Below, piece after piece: positions 47,970-63,000 of a stretch of DNA of 64,000 nt. The stretch comes from Eledone cirrhosa (Eukaryota). The notes under the pieces were generated by a model, which ran no database searches, was not told the origin of the DNA, and saw nothing but the letters and a program-made list of their open reading frames with translations. The stretch lies in NCBI GenBank assembly GCA_964016885.1, contig OZ024740.1:332878001-332942000 (forward strand). The letters run 5' to 3'. Position numbers and translations under genes: made by a program. Within the stretch, counting starts at the first letter, position 1; every line of letters starts with the position of its first letter.

Positions 47970-48589
47970 TGTCAGGTCACCACTTGGTGCTACTGGTAAC
48001 ATGTATCCCAGTACAACCTGTCTCATGGTCGGGTCGTTGGCGACTAAACTGGCAACCCCACCAAGGTTTCTTGGTGAGGAGGGTGATTTTGGACATCCTG
48101 CAGGACTAAAAACAAAACCTGTCAAAGGGCTAAGGAGCTCTTAAGAGTCAATGGCCATCCAAAATCACCGGGAGAGATGACCCCTTAGCCTTTGTCAAGG
48201 CAGAATTCTAGGAGAAGGAAAACTCTGATATAACACCTGCAACCCTGATGGTATCCAATGATGTTGACTTGTTCTTCTTTTTGGTAAATATCATCTTGGT
48301 TAAGAGAGTGGGACTGGCTTTGTGCAGTGCCTTTGCTCACTATAAAAGCTTCACGGCACAGGCATTGCTTTATATCTGGAGATCTCTCTGCACTTGTCCT
48401 CACATGGTACCATGGGCCCAGCACTATGTGTCAATAATTGTCACAAGTGTAGTGTTTGTACCAGAGTTTTCAAGTCGCTGGCTGGACTAAAAAGTCACAC
48501 TCGTTCAGCGCATTGGTAGGAGTTCTCCTACATGGATATAAAGTAGTGGCCGTACTCGAAAACGAGTTGGCAGCCACCATGTATGTATG

Positions 48590-48595
<6 letters not shown>
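47970..48595 (+). mobile_element. Non-autonomous bipartite RTE-derived element with (ATGT)n tail; a short extra 3'-end copy lies at about 47870-47965
   Basis: RTE-like 5' motif CTAGGAGAAGGAAAACTCTGA, C-terminal C2H2-like remnant CSVCTRVFKSLAGLKSHTR (about 48450-48505), and a 3' end TGGCC.TACTCGA.AACGAG..GGCAGCCA.C(ATGT)n present twice. Confidence 0.65.
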
Positions 48596-48644
<49 letters not shown>

Positions 48645-50078
48645 ATGTACATAAACATATATATATTTATTAAAATAACAGATTAAAGTTTAAGTAAAGA
48701 ATCGCTGCTTTCACTCTTATTCTTCGCATTTATTATTATTACTATATATATATATATGTATGTATGCTTTTGTGTAGTGAATGAAAACACCATATTGACA
48801 TAATATATACGAACATGTTGGCTCACTTCGTCATTTTGCCCGTTTCCTGCCTTCGCTTTACACAAAGGCACACACACATATAGACAGACACAGAGACACA
48901 TACACACACGCAGACACATACACACACACAAACACACACAAACATATATATATATATATATATATATATACATGTGTATGTGAACGCTCTGCGTGTGCAT
49001 GTATGTGTACAATGTAACAATAACAGTGAAAAATAGCTGAAGAAAGATAAATGAAATATGCATGTTAGAGATATGTATGGAGATAAATATAGACACACGT
49101 TTTAGACATTCAAATATATATGCTAATATTATACGTTCAGTTACACGAGTTCACAATGAGTCACATATATACTAAATACTTCATCCAATACACCGTCTAA
49201 TATTTGAGTAGTAGTGTAGCAGTTCTTCATAAATATATATTCAGAATGATATACATACATTTAGACACAAGTAAAATTCTTACTCGAGTATTCAGATTTT
49301 TAAATAACAAAGAAGTGTTGTTAAATATATAAGACGAACACTCACAGGAAATTAAACAAACATTTAAATATGTATATATATTTTTTACAGTATTCAGGGT
49401 AATAAAAGCAGCAGGCAAGGTTTTAGAGTTAATAACTCTAGTAGTGCAGCCTTTAGCAGAAGAAGCAGTAGCTGGAATAATAGCAGCCGCTGTTGTTATT
49501 GATAGCAGCAATATTATTAGTAACAGTATCAGAATGTACAGTGATAATTGACGAAACTAGCTAAAGTATATTTGTGTTTGTGCCTCTGTGTTCAAATCTC
49601 TGAATTATAGAATTTGTGTTTTATTTCTCTTGGTTTAGTAAAGTAGTGGCGGCGGAGATATACTGTTTGTAGAGCGCGTGTATAATTACAATAAGTACGT
49701 CACATATTTAGCAATAGAAGTGAGAGTTATTTCTTTAATATGATAAAGTTATTCCAAATGTGTGCCCCAACTTTGATTTTTAACATTCAATTGTTAACTA
49801 GGAACATTGGCAGTATCGTGCCCAAAAGCTTCAGTGAGGCTACACAATTTATGACACATCACTTCGAACTAAAGATCGAAATAAAACTAAATAACGATCA
49901 AGCTACTGGCACGCAAAGACACACATATATACACATATATACAGACAAATAAATAAATATATATACATATATATGTGTGTGTGTGTGTGTGTGTGTAATA
50001 ACAAAAATAACAAAACAAGCGGCAGAGTACATGGAAGTAATCTATTAGTTTAACGCTCTAAATAACACGAAGTGATTC

Positions 50079-50157
<79 letters not shown>

Positions 50158-50199
50158 TTATATATATATATATATTCTAATTTGAAAAAAATGTTGGTT

Positions 50200-50950
50200 A
50201 GAGTTCGCTTTGTTTAGCTATATCTGGAGTAAAATAGGGGTACGGTGTAATTATTCTCCTGTTTAGTGGCATATTGATTACTTTTGGAAAGAAATGGGGA
50301 GAACTGGATTTCCAAGAAAGAGTGTGCGTAGTTGTTTGCGCATAACCTATATTATTAGACCTAACATAGTTGGTGAGATGAGAAGATATGATGCAGAGGC
50401 CATTGTAGTGTTGGTTGAAAAACTAAAACAGAAATAAGAGACAGCTGTTCTGTGGGTAAAAAGCTACCTCTCGGGATGCGATTCAAATTATCTGTTTTTT
50501 GCAAATGTGGGAGCAGTAATCAATGGGTCTTATAGATGATCCGTAATTATTAGGATTTTTGAATTAGATGGTATGCAAGTAAAGAATTTTGAGATAAACG
50601 TTGAGATATCTGCAGCAAATAAAATTATGATAGTATTTAAGTATGGTTCCTGCCAGTTAATACATTATAGTGATTATGAATTTAAGAGAAAAAGAGCTAG
50701 AATCTGTTTGAGGGAGGGATGGAAAGAGTATTGAATATTAAAGTGGAGGTGAATTTGGTGTAGAGGTTGCTTTAGAGGAGCAGGTTTTGTTGGAATGTTA
50801 ATAATGGAAATATCTTGTTGATGAACTAGTAAAATTTGCGTATCAGTATTACATTTTTTGCTAAACCCACATTAGATTGTAGAGGGTTCTATCACCGTTA
50901 TAATTAGTAGATCATTAAGGCCCAGTTGTTTATTTCACAATGTTAAATAT
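50200..50950 (-). pseudogene. Possible decayed Penelope-like RT N-terminal region
   Basis: Minus-strand traces resembling (P)KIHKPNN..RPII near 50510-50580. No open frame. Confidence 0.4.
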
Positions 50951-52080
50951 TTACGAATAGCTTTACTGAACAATAATTGAGGTGCTTTAAAATTCTTGCT
51001 TTTCCTCAGTATGTAATTGTTATGAGTGCAATGAAATAGCTCAAACGTTAATCGAAAGCCAACAAAGAACTGTCCTTTTGTTGTTTCATATCCCGTCACA
51101 TCATCAATCATTTCTTTCTAAATTTTTAATTCCTCGGATTTATACTATAAAGAAGTTTAGAATGGATAACGTTTATTTTATGAAATACAATAGCTAAGTG
51201 ATATGAAATATTTATAACTGAATCCTATCTTTAGGTTTCAGAGCGTATGTGCGTTATCAGCGATGTCCCCCTCGAAATAATTCATACACAATTCTAAGAG
51301 AAATATATTTTCTAAGGGGATGTTAATTTATGATTAAAATGTGTTAGGCAATCCTTTTAAGGATGAATATATTTATTTAATAAGCTTACTTTAAAATGTC
51401 CATTTAATATTACAAAACGAACGACTCAAGATTGAATCCAGACTACCAGTCTTTGATGAGGCTACATTTTAAAATTAATGGACAGTGTTGTGCAGGATGT
51501 GGATTATGATTATCTAAACACATTAATTGTATCCTGTTTCTAGGATAGTCGAATAATAAAAAATGATAACAATATGAATATTTATTTAATTGGATCTGTT
51601 TATGTATTGTAAAATATCTTTCGTAATTGAAATACTCTGGTGACATCGCCATTCAGTTGTCATTGGAAAGACAAAATGTTATTAGATTTTTTATAATAAT
51701 ATTTAATTATATATGTTTGAATTGGAATGTCTAATTTAAAATATTTTAATACTTTTGCTATTGTTTTGATTCTCAAATATTGCTGGCTTATTTAAATGAT
51801 GTCCCGTCATATTAAAATTCACGTTTGAATTATGGAAATGACTTTATCGTGACAGTCATGATTATACGAAGTGTTTTAGTGCCATGAGCAAAATTTGCAC
51901 CACAGGATAGTCGGAATATCCCCATACAAAAAGAAAATAAATAATACAAAAATCTTAGAATACTTTTGCTATGAACTTCATTTATCTCATAAAAAATATG
52001 AAACATAAAACAGACAGCTTGTGAAAAAAAGTGTAGACCAATTGTTTATAAATTGTGTTGTAGTATATATATATTTATAA

Positions 52081-52268
52081 TAATTGTTTCTACTTTAGGC
52101 ACAAGGCCAGCAATTACCCAGTTCATTATTGGTACTTTATTTTATCGACCCCGTAAGGATGAAAGGCAAAGTTAACCTCGGCGGGATTTGAACTCAGATC
52201 GTAAAGGGACGTAACTATGCTCGAAAGCATGGCGTCCGACACTCTACCGATACTGCCAATCCATCGCC
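52081..52268 (-). mobile_element. Full-length tRNA-type SINE with target-site duplication
   Basis: SINE consensus flanked by TATATATTTATAATAAT on both sides. Confidence 0.9.
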
Positions 52269-53269
52269 CTTATATATTTATAATAATACTTTAATTTCAA
52301 ATTCATTCCTTGTCGGATTACATTCCATATCTCCAGTTACTGGTTTCGTTTAAATCAACTATGTACATTTATTGAACGTGTGTCGCCATGTAAGAATTGT
52401 ACGTTGATACATTTCGTACGTCAATCGACAAGAGCTTACAAGTAAAGAATATACGTACGTAAACAATTCACATTGAATCATTAAATAGTTTGTTTGATTT
52501 GAACGGTTTTTAAAGTAAAGAGATCTCAAGTAGCTGAAGCCATAAGATGTCAGATAAATTTGAATACTCTAAATACACCAGAATATTGTATTTTATCTTA
52601 TGTTTAATCAAACAAATAATACCGAGTATCCATATATCTATATTATCAATCAATCTGTCAAATGATTAAATTGATATTTTCAATAAAAAATACATACAGT
52701 AGAATTCTAAGTATTAATAAGTACCACTACTCTTAGGTATTTTCTAAAATGCTGTTATAATCTACCGTACATTTCAATCTTGCCGGGTCAGCAAAACAAT
52801 TCTGCACTTATTCCTCAAATTAGAAAATATAGTCACTATATTGGGACCAAATAAGAAGGAAACATTCACTCCACCGCAGCAGCATGTTATTCTGAAAATA
52901 GACAGATTCGATGTCGTCTGTCTTTTAGCTCAGAATCACATATGAAATGTGTTATATTAATTCATGTATAAATGTGTTATATTAATTCATGTATAAATCA
53001 ATGTAGGGCCTTATATAGCAATTGGTTATATTACATGGCAAATATTCGCACACAAAGTAAAACACACACATACATATATATCTATATACATATCAATCCA
53101 TCGGCAATAAGCAGCCGTACCAATATACAGCGAATAGTGACAGGCGAAGACTCAGATTGTGTATATCTATTTATATATATAAATAGCTTCTACAGGACTA
53201 GAACTGCTTCTTTCGAAGGGATACTCACATACACACACCCATATACATATATATATATATATGCGTACG

Positions 53270-53343
<74 letters not shown>

Positions 53344-53401
53344 TGTGTGTGTGTCTGTCCGTCTCTGTGTGTGCGTGTGTATATATGTGGGATGGTTGCT
53401 G

Positions 53402-53738
<337 letters not shown>

Positions 53739-54199
53739 TATACGCATATGTGTATGTGTCTATATATATACATACGCAGTTAAGATCGTCGATTGGCTCG
53801 GCTTTAATACATCGAAATTTAATACATCGAAATTAAACCAAACTACTCTCTAACGCAACCAAACGCCGAATATCATGCTTCATCTTTTGCAAGCTCGCCG
53901 GTAATTCTTTACATTTCTCATTCATACAAACGTCGATTGTCATTAAAATCGATAATGATTTTTGTTTTTTACCACACGACACATTTCAGTATATATTCGG
54001 GTCTTTAACGATTGTTCGTCTTCACGCGCCAGTGTCACTTGACTAGGATGACATCTATTTGTTAGTTGAGCTATTGAACGGGGCTGCCAATTTCAAGATG
54101 ATCTGGCTTTATCTTATTGATGGAAGTCTTGTCCTGAGTTCCTCCAATTAAGAGTTGAACAGACTGGATCATCATAGGGTGACGGAATGCGTTCTAGCT

Positions 54200-54780
54200 G
54201 TGTATCGCGACGAAAATTATCCTCAGCAACTTGCTTTCTTTTTACATAAATGTACTGCCAGTTGTGTACTCAGAAATGGCTTATGACTGTCGCTGCTGAT
54301 GTGCAGACTTAGTTTCAATAGCTTGTTCATAGTGAAGGTGGGTCTTTTATGGTCTGTGATCATCTTGAAGGGTTGACAGTCCGGAAAAGAGTGAAAATGA
54401 GACACCAAAATGAATGGACATCAGTTGCCTCTTGTCAAATTAAGGATGCTAGTCGTCACCACTAACCATTGATGTATTGTTCCAAAAGACCTCCAACGGC
54501 TGTACAGAAGCATCCACTTTGGATGCGGTTGATGAAAGCATATTGATTTAGTGAGAGCTTCTTTTGTGGATTTGAAGTATGAGGCCATTGCACCTTCCAA
54601 CTCTATCTGTGTATTTTGGAACTTTTACTAGATAGTGCTTTCTACAGTTGTCTCTTCAATTTTGTTGCAAAGGGGTGAAACGACAATAAATGTTTACTAT
54701 TCATAGAAATTGGAGCAGCTCTACGATTGTGGGAGGGTGTGGAAAGGATTAGATAGCTTTTATCTTTTCTGGTCAGTAAT
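54200..54780 (-). pseudogene. Decayed Ty3/Gypsy RT-RNase H fragment
   Basis: Minus strand: VDAS..AVGGLLEQ.ING...LA (about 54445-54520) and FKMITDHKR (ORF 54223-54408). Confidence 0.7.
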
Positions 54781-55044
54781 ATTTGACAAAACTTAAATCA
54801 ACTTAATGTAACAAATATAAAATTATTCATTCTGTTGGATTAAAAAATATATTATCTTTAAATATACCTCTGTTCATATGCCATCATTGCGCTACGCTAA
54901 CAGAGGTCTGGTAATTGTTTTATTCCAGAGTCAGGCCCAATTGATATGGATGGAACCTTGAGCTGATCAATCGAAAAACGCGTGTCACACCTCAATAAAC
55001 GCAATGATGCGTCGTCGCTGTTATTATTATTGTTATTATTATTA

Positions 55045-55452
55045 AGGGTAGTGGTTTGGTTGTATTGCTAGGGCGCCAGACACCATGTTTTGCAGCATAG
55101 AGGTATGGCCATTTATGATCTGAGTTCAAATCCCGCCGAGGTTTAACTTTGCCTTTCATCCTTACAGGGTCGATAAAATCAAGTACCAGTCACGCACTGG
55201 GGTCGATTTTAATCAACTTGCTGGCCTTGTGCCTAAAAGTAGAAACAATTATTATAATTATTATTAGTGGATTGGCAGTATTGATAGAGCGTCGGACGCA
55301 ATGCTTTGCAGCATCGAGTTATGGTCCTTTATGATCTGAGGACAAATCCCGCCGATGTTAACTTTGCCCTTCATCCTTACGGGGTCGATAACATAACATA
55401 CCAGTAATGCGCTGAGATAATTGCTGGCCTTGTGCCAAAAGTAGAAACAATT
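55045..55452 (+). mobile_element. Two tandem tRNA-type SINE copies (about 55045-55250 and 55266-55452) in (TTA)n-rich DNA
   Basis: SINE consensus twice, each ending AGTAGAAACAATTAT. Confidence 0.88.
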
Positions 55453-56354
55453 ATAATTATTATTATTGTTGTTGTTGTAGTTGATTTTGTTGTTGTTGTT
55501 GTTGTTGTTGTTCTCGTCGTCGTCATCGTTGTTATATATATTGAAAGGTTAATTGTAGTTACTATAACACACTCACTGCGTCATTGCTGTTTATGTTCAT
55601 AATACGGACAACCTTCTTCAATGTTGCCCCGGTGCTGTTCGATTTAGACATTAATCGCTTTTGATTTTAGAATCTTTTATTTCAAATATTGATTAAATAT
55701 ATGAAAGTAATACCATATTCCCTGCATGTTTCTGTGAGTGAAATGGAATTGTAAGCTATGAAACGCCGAATTGTTCCCTAAAACTAGTCTTAATATCAAG
55801 AGAATTTTACTGCACACAATGTTATAATATCCTGCGTAGTCTACTCACCATACACAACTAAAAGTATGTACCACAACACTTAAACTAAAGAAAACCGGCA
55901 AAACAGATGCCAACATTCACAAATGCCGCGAGATCGTTTCAAATCAATTATATGAAGAAATATACAAAAATAAATATCGGAAAAAATAAAGATAATATTT
56001 TAAAGCAAGTCAAAACATGACCTAAATTCATGTAACAGAAAGTATATTGAAAATAAATGATAATATTCATGAAACTGTTAAAGCATTCACTTATTGCTTA
56101 AACGTACACCTATCCAAAAGTGTAAGCTTGGATAGACATATGCATATACTTGAATACATACATTAATGCATTTAAAAATCTAAATATATACATACACACA
56201 CACACGCATATATATATATGTATGTATGTATATTCATAAATACATACATGCAAACACACGCAAACACCACACACACATGCATATGTATATATATATGTAT
56301 GTATGTATATTCATAAATAGATACGTGCAAACACACGCAAACACCACACACACA

Positions 56355-56406
<52 letters not shown>

Positions 56407-56562
56407 TTCAAAATATTAATAAATGAGAAATGTTATCATAACCAAAGTATATATTTTATTATACATATTTCAAAGATAGAATGGTGTTTCAGTATGTTTT
56501 CATCAGATAAAATATATAAGAGATTGGATATGCGACATACCGCCAAGGTACTTCACTCCACA

Positions 56563-56667
<105 letters not shown>

Positions 56668-56710
56668 CGCGTGCGTGTGTGTGCGTGCGTGTGTGTGTAT
56701 GTGTGTACGT

Positions 56711-56743
<33 letters not shown>

Positions 56744-57066
56744 GATGTATGTTTGTATATATGTATGTAATCATACGTATTCACGAATGTGTTGCTGATA
56801 TTTCTTTGATAAAAAATGTATAAATTCAATTTTCTACGTGACAATAAAAAAAATCCTAATGAAATATATAACATTCACTTAGAACGATGATTTCCGTAAA
56901 ATGTTAAGGAGATAATTTCATGAATATAGATAGAATGTATTATTAAATAATGAATTTGTATCTTTTACGGCTATAAGAACGTTCTCTATATATCTTGTAA
57001 GAATTAACATTTGTTTGATCTATAACTTCAAGCAACTATTTCAATAGAGAAAAAAGGATGACTATA

Positions 57067-57102
<36 letters not shown>

Positions 57103-57104
57103 CG

Positions 57105-57167
<63 letters not shown>

Positions 57168-57354
57168 GGGAGAAAAGGTTATCGTTATAGGCAGTCCACG
57201 TTATAAACGACTGGTTATAAACAAAGTATTGGAGATCGATTGACGCAAACTCAGGCGGGAAGCGAACTCTAAATCTACCAGATCAAAGAAACAATTGTCA
57301 GCAATGTGAACAGAGCTCTTATTGTATAGCGAACCATATCACTCTTCTTTCTTG

Positions 57355-57394
<40 letters not shown>

Positions 57395-57764
57395 TGTGTG
57401 TGTGTGTGTCCATATATATATATATATATATATATGGTGTGTGTGTGTGTCCATGTTTGTGTGGATACACATGTAATATACAGAAATATATAGAAAAAAA
57501 AGCGATATATAAATATATTCGTGTGTTGAAGTGCGTTTGTGTTCCTTTGCGTATGCATAAATTTAGTACATATATGACTTCCGGCAATATATAATGTTAA
57601 AAAAAAAATCAATATGTTTAGGCTTTGTGGAAGCAAACATTTACAATACCTTTAAAATGTCCACATACATATGTACACACATTCAAATATAGAAACACAC
57701 ATATTATATAGAATCAGAGCCTCACGGCCAAGATCTTGCTGTTTCAACAGTTAGATCCAGACAG

Positions 57765-57855
<91 letters not shown>

Positions 57856-59277
57856 CCCATCATAGAGCTCCAAAATGACGAACATACAGTAGCATCTGAA
57901 AAATGTCCCCAACTCCTTATTACATATGTATAAGCCTGTTGATGTATATTAGAAGTAACGATAGGTTTTTCAACACGTTTTAAAAGGCCTAATAGCAACA
58001 TTATTTCATAATTTATTCGAAGGATTTGAGCACCAACTAAATTCATACATGCACAAATTAATTTGATTTTGTCTATTTCATATATATAAAAATATCTTCC
58101 GTGGAGGTTTTGTTTTATATGTGCTGCACTTCTGGAATTGTTAATTGAAAAGAAATTCTAAAAGTATTTTTCTCCCTTGATATTTCGCATTTTCGACAAT
58201 ATTTATATAGAGTGCTTCATTAATGTTTGTATGCAACTGAAGACTCTATGGAATGCAAATGAATGTCTTACACAAACAGGCTGCACTGATTCAGTTGTGG
58301 TCGTATGTATCGTATATATCATATCAGCTATATATTGTATATATCTACAAAAATGCATGATAAACGGAGTTCGATGTGTTTGGAACACCTTCCAACATAT
58401 AAATGTTATGTTGGAATATAAGTTTTGTTTGTATATTGAATATTATTAGCTTTACAAAATAGTACTAAATAATGATTTCATAAGCTCATTTAGATACAGT
58501 ACAGATATATATACGTTAGTTTTAAACGATCAAAAATAGTTGAACTCACGAAATATTGGTATTCTCTACAGATTTAAATATAAGCGCTACACCGACATTT
58601 GATTTATTTCTCATAGAGCCAATTCCACCGACAATTATTATTTCTCAAATTAGTAATAGAATCTCTCCTGTATGGGGATGACTATTAACCATGACTGGTT
58701 ATTCTAAAATGTTATACATGTTTCGCTTTTTCTCGACAATTAAGCATCTTCAAAACAATATTTTGTTTCTTGACAGGATTCAATAATTTCAACAAGGTCT
58801 TTACAATATTCAAATATCAGTGTATTCTCTATATCAAATTCCCATCCCTGAAACATCACAACTGATGAAGCAGAATTTTTCATATTCAGTATCCCAATAT
58901 TGGGGTTTCAGATACACAGAAGGCAGGTCTGGATATTATCCTTCAACTTTTGCCATGACTTGTAATGCTCATGTATATCATTATCATAATTCTTCTTAAT
59001 TTAAATATACACATGTATATATACATACTTATGTATGCAAACACGCCCTCCCCCCCAATATATATATGAATGTGTGAGCATAAGTATATATGTATATAAG
59101 TATATATGTATATGCCGATAGCATACATAGGCATGACTTAAAGCATTAAAGTTAAAATGTCATTGAGCTTAAGGAAATTCAAATAGATTTTGTGTTGTTA
59201 TACTAACTGTAGAAGCATTTATTTCACAGAGCTACGTGCGTTCAGAAGATGTCTCAGAGAAATATATGCCGACAAGT

Positions 59278-59378
<101 letters not shown>

Positions 59379-59938
59379 TATATATATAAATATATCTTTA
59401 AAAACTACTGGTTGATGTATTACTAGATTTATTCGTTCGTATATAATTTCATATATATATATATATGAATTCGAAAAGAAACCTCACTGATCCATTAAAC
59501 ACATATAAATATATGTAAGAGGAGTTGGGGGGATGTACGGGATTGAGTGTGCGTGCGCGCGTCTTTATGCGTGTGTGTATGAATGTTTTGACACAAAATA
59601 TGATGAGAAAAATGTATGGAATATTAGCTTTGTTGCATTTTCTTAAAATGCATACTACAATAAATCATATGTATTACAAACCCATTCTACATATATCTCC
59701 TCCCTCACAGAATAAATGTTCCAAACTAATTCTCGCCCGCCACAGGTGTCTTCATACAACTGCGTGACATCAAATTTGCCAAGTTACCCAATAATCATGT
59801 TACTAGCAACATTATATGGATCAATAATGTGTATATAACAGCAAGTCTATATTTCTGGAAGTAAGGAATATACGAGATATTTGCTGTGTAGTAAGAGAAC
59901 AAATATGGATAGGGAGTTTATATATGGGGGTGAAAGGA

Positions 59939-60034
<96 letters not shown>

Positions 60035-63000
60035 TAATGGTGAGTAAGTTACGTATTTCGTTATTATTTGTATTATTGTTAATTCTGGAGTTAATGGTAA
60101 CGATGGAGTATACGCTAACAAATTTGACAGAATCTAATGTACTGAAAGGAAAAAAATAAGGAATATGAAAATACTATCATCAACAACAACAAAAACAGAA
60201 CCAAAAACATTATTGGAGTTGAAAGAAAACATGGATAATAGGAAAATATAGTAACAAGAATTAGAGGAAGTAAATTCGAACGGAAAGACAAAAAAAAAAC
60301 AAAACATAACCAAGAGAAGGATAAGAAGATAAAAACAGTGTATACACCTGATGACAAGGATGATATTGGGGAATGTATGTTTACCAATTCTGACATTTAT
60401 GATATGAAAATAACTATACCTAATCATAGTTATATTATTATCCATAATGATATCGTGGATGCCGCATAGACGAACACTTGTGGAGTTCGATTTGCATTCA
60501 TTATGAAACTAGTTTGATCCCACTACCTGCTTTCTTGGGTAAGTGTAATTTATGAAGGTGTCGACCTGTGTCATGTGAGTGAGATTGGACAAACACTGCG
60601 GAAGCCCGCCTGATGGAGTGTTCTAGTAATTCAATGGTCCAGCTTCGTCACACACTGTGTCATGCCGAAAATTATGCTAAGATCACAAGTGTCTATGGAA
60701 TGCTTATCTTCTTGTACGTTTCTGTCATGTATGGACCCTTCTTTTGATCGAGTGATATACGCACCATCGAAACTGGTGGAGGCCTATTCCATTCATGATA
60801 TTACATATAACTAATATTCTTTTTTTTCTTAGCAGATTATTTAAATTGAAAAACAAAGCAATCAAGGAAGTTATTTCTATTTCGAAATAAAGTATAAACT
60901 GGGAGACATCATTTCCTGTTGTAAATATTAATTGCCAGAACTACTCGAGATATCATTAATTTTGATCAGAGAATTAACAGCTGCCGGCAGAAAAAATAAA
61001 GTAATTAGCTTCCAAAAACAGCCCAATAGAAAAACGAGAAGCACAAGCACATAAATCCATACAGGTAGACACACACATCTACACACATATATAGGTGTTT
61101 GTGTGTGCGTGTGTAGTGCATATATTTGTATATTAAATTAAAATATATAATTTTAATAGCATATATTTCCATTTTATTTTCTATCTCTTATGAAAATAAC
61201 AACCACAAGTTTGATTTACAATTTTAAAGTATGATATTTTATACGTGTTACACCTTATTATCACACGGGATGTGATTGTTCAGCATATATCTGGTAAAAT
61301 ATTATATTGGTGTCATATTCGGAGCATTAACTTTAAAAATCTCCTTTTTATGAATTCAAACAAAAAAAGCACAAACATATAGACATTTCTACGTAAATAT
61401 AACTTAATTCTGCAGATGCATATTTCCTTAGATGCATTCCCTGCAATAACTAGCCCAAAACTCGTTGGCTACGTTCAAAAGACATTTACTATGCGTAATC
61501 CGTAAGCCATATTGACACTTTGAAAATGGATTATGCAGGTTTCATTATTCGTAAATTCTTATAACTTTTTGCCAACAAGCTGAGACTGAATGCAAAACGC
61601 ATTCATACAAAGCCTGATATTTTATCTCTTAGGAAAATCTTTGCAATATAAATATGTGCAGCGTAAGCGCAGATTAGAAAGGTATACAATTGTACATATA
61701 TTGTAAAGATTATGGAACACCCGGTTACAAATATTCTCATGGAAACTATATAATTACGTGTTGGTATTTAGTGATGAGCATTTACACGACTGTCTCAGAA
61801 AGGTCACTGTGAAATTGAACAGGTATCTAGTGGCTTCCTCTTTTGTATTATAAAAGGCAAGCGCTAACCGCAAAGCAGAGTGATATTTATCTATTCGCCT
61901 ATCCAACAACAACATATATCACAGACACGATGAAACAATAATAAGACTCAATAGTGATGATCATAAACTAAGAAGGTACAAACGGAATATATTCACTAAC
62001 AAATGTGAATTATTCGACCCAGAATAGCCTGACGTTTTATATGATGAAAGGATAACTGCCAAAGTGATAGATTGATTTACTACTGAAATATTTCTGGATT
62101 TTACCACATATTTTCGTTAAAATTGTTTGCAGTGGTTGACAATTCCAAGACGTATGATACTAAGCCGTACGCATCACTGGCAAATGACAAAAGTATAAAA
62201 AATATGCCATTCTCCCAAAAAGGAATGTTTATATTCATATTTATATATATATAAATTATGAAAAATGGAGCGTTGAAAATGAATATACCGTTACACTGTT
62301 GATGATTTAACGTGTCTCAAATTTGATTGAACAGACATAAAGTGCTACAAATAAAATTTGTAATCTTTTAAATGCCAATATGTTTTAGAGTATCATACAA
62401 AATGGATGTCTCAAGAGCTTATTCAGAAAAAATAACTTGCTAGGCAAATAGTAATTTTCCTTTGAAAACAGATACTTATACAAAGATAACTAGTTTCAAT
62501 AATTATCAGACATATTGAGCGTTAGAGCTAGTCATTACATAAACGAAACTTATTTCGTTGCATAAATACAGTCTATATGAAATCAATTATAGCCAAATAG
62601 ACGAAAGCATGCAGTGTGCGCGCGTGATGACTTGCATATAAGGGACTAGTAGCTAAATTGTGAATTAGACCAATGCATATATAGTGAACAGTGTTGCTAT
62701 GTCTGAAACATTATTTAATTACTATCTATAACAGATTGTTTTCTTTTAGATGTTGTCAAATATTCAAATATGATGTATATGACGTGTGACAGCGTTATCT
62801 ATATAAGTTATTATCTCGCTGAGGAACTAACTGGACATGTTTAGTAATTTAGGCCTCTTTCCGAAATAATTAATTTCTGAGTAAAGAAATTAGTATTCAT
62901 TGGAAAGTAGGTTTGCTTCATTGTGATGGTAAAAGTGCTAGCTGAGGTCATTATTGATTTTGAAGCTATTATTCTCAGGGATTTTTAGTGAGTTAATTGC

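Noticed and set aside
49227-49511. Ala/Thr-rich ORF or possible host exon after a TTTTTTACAG acceptor
   Set aside because: Low-complexity (GCA/GTA) sequence, no recognisable domain and no partner exons.
60480-60790. GC-richer island, possibly an old SINE
   Set aside because: No second copy in the window and no clear A/B boxes.
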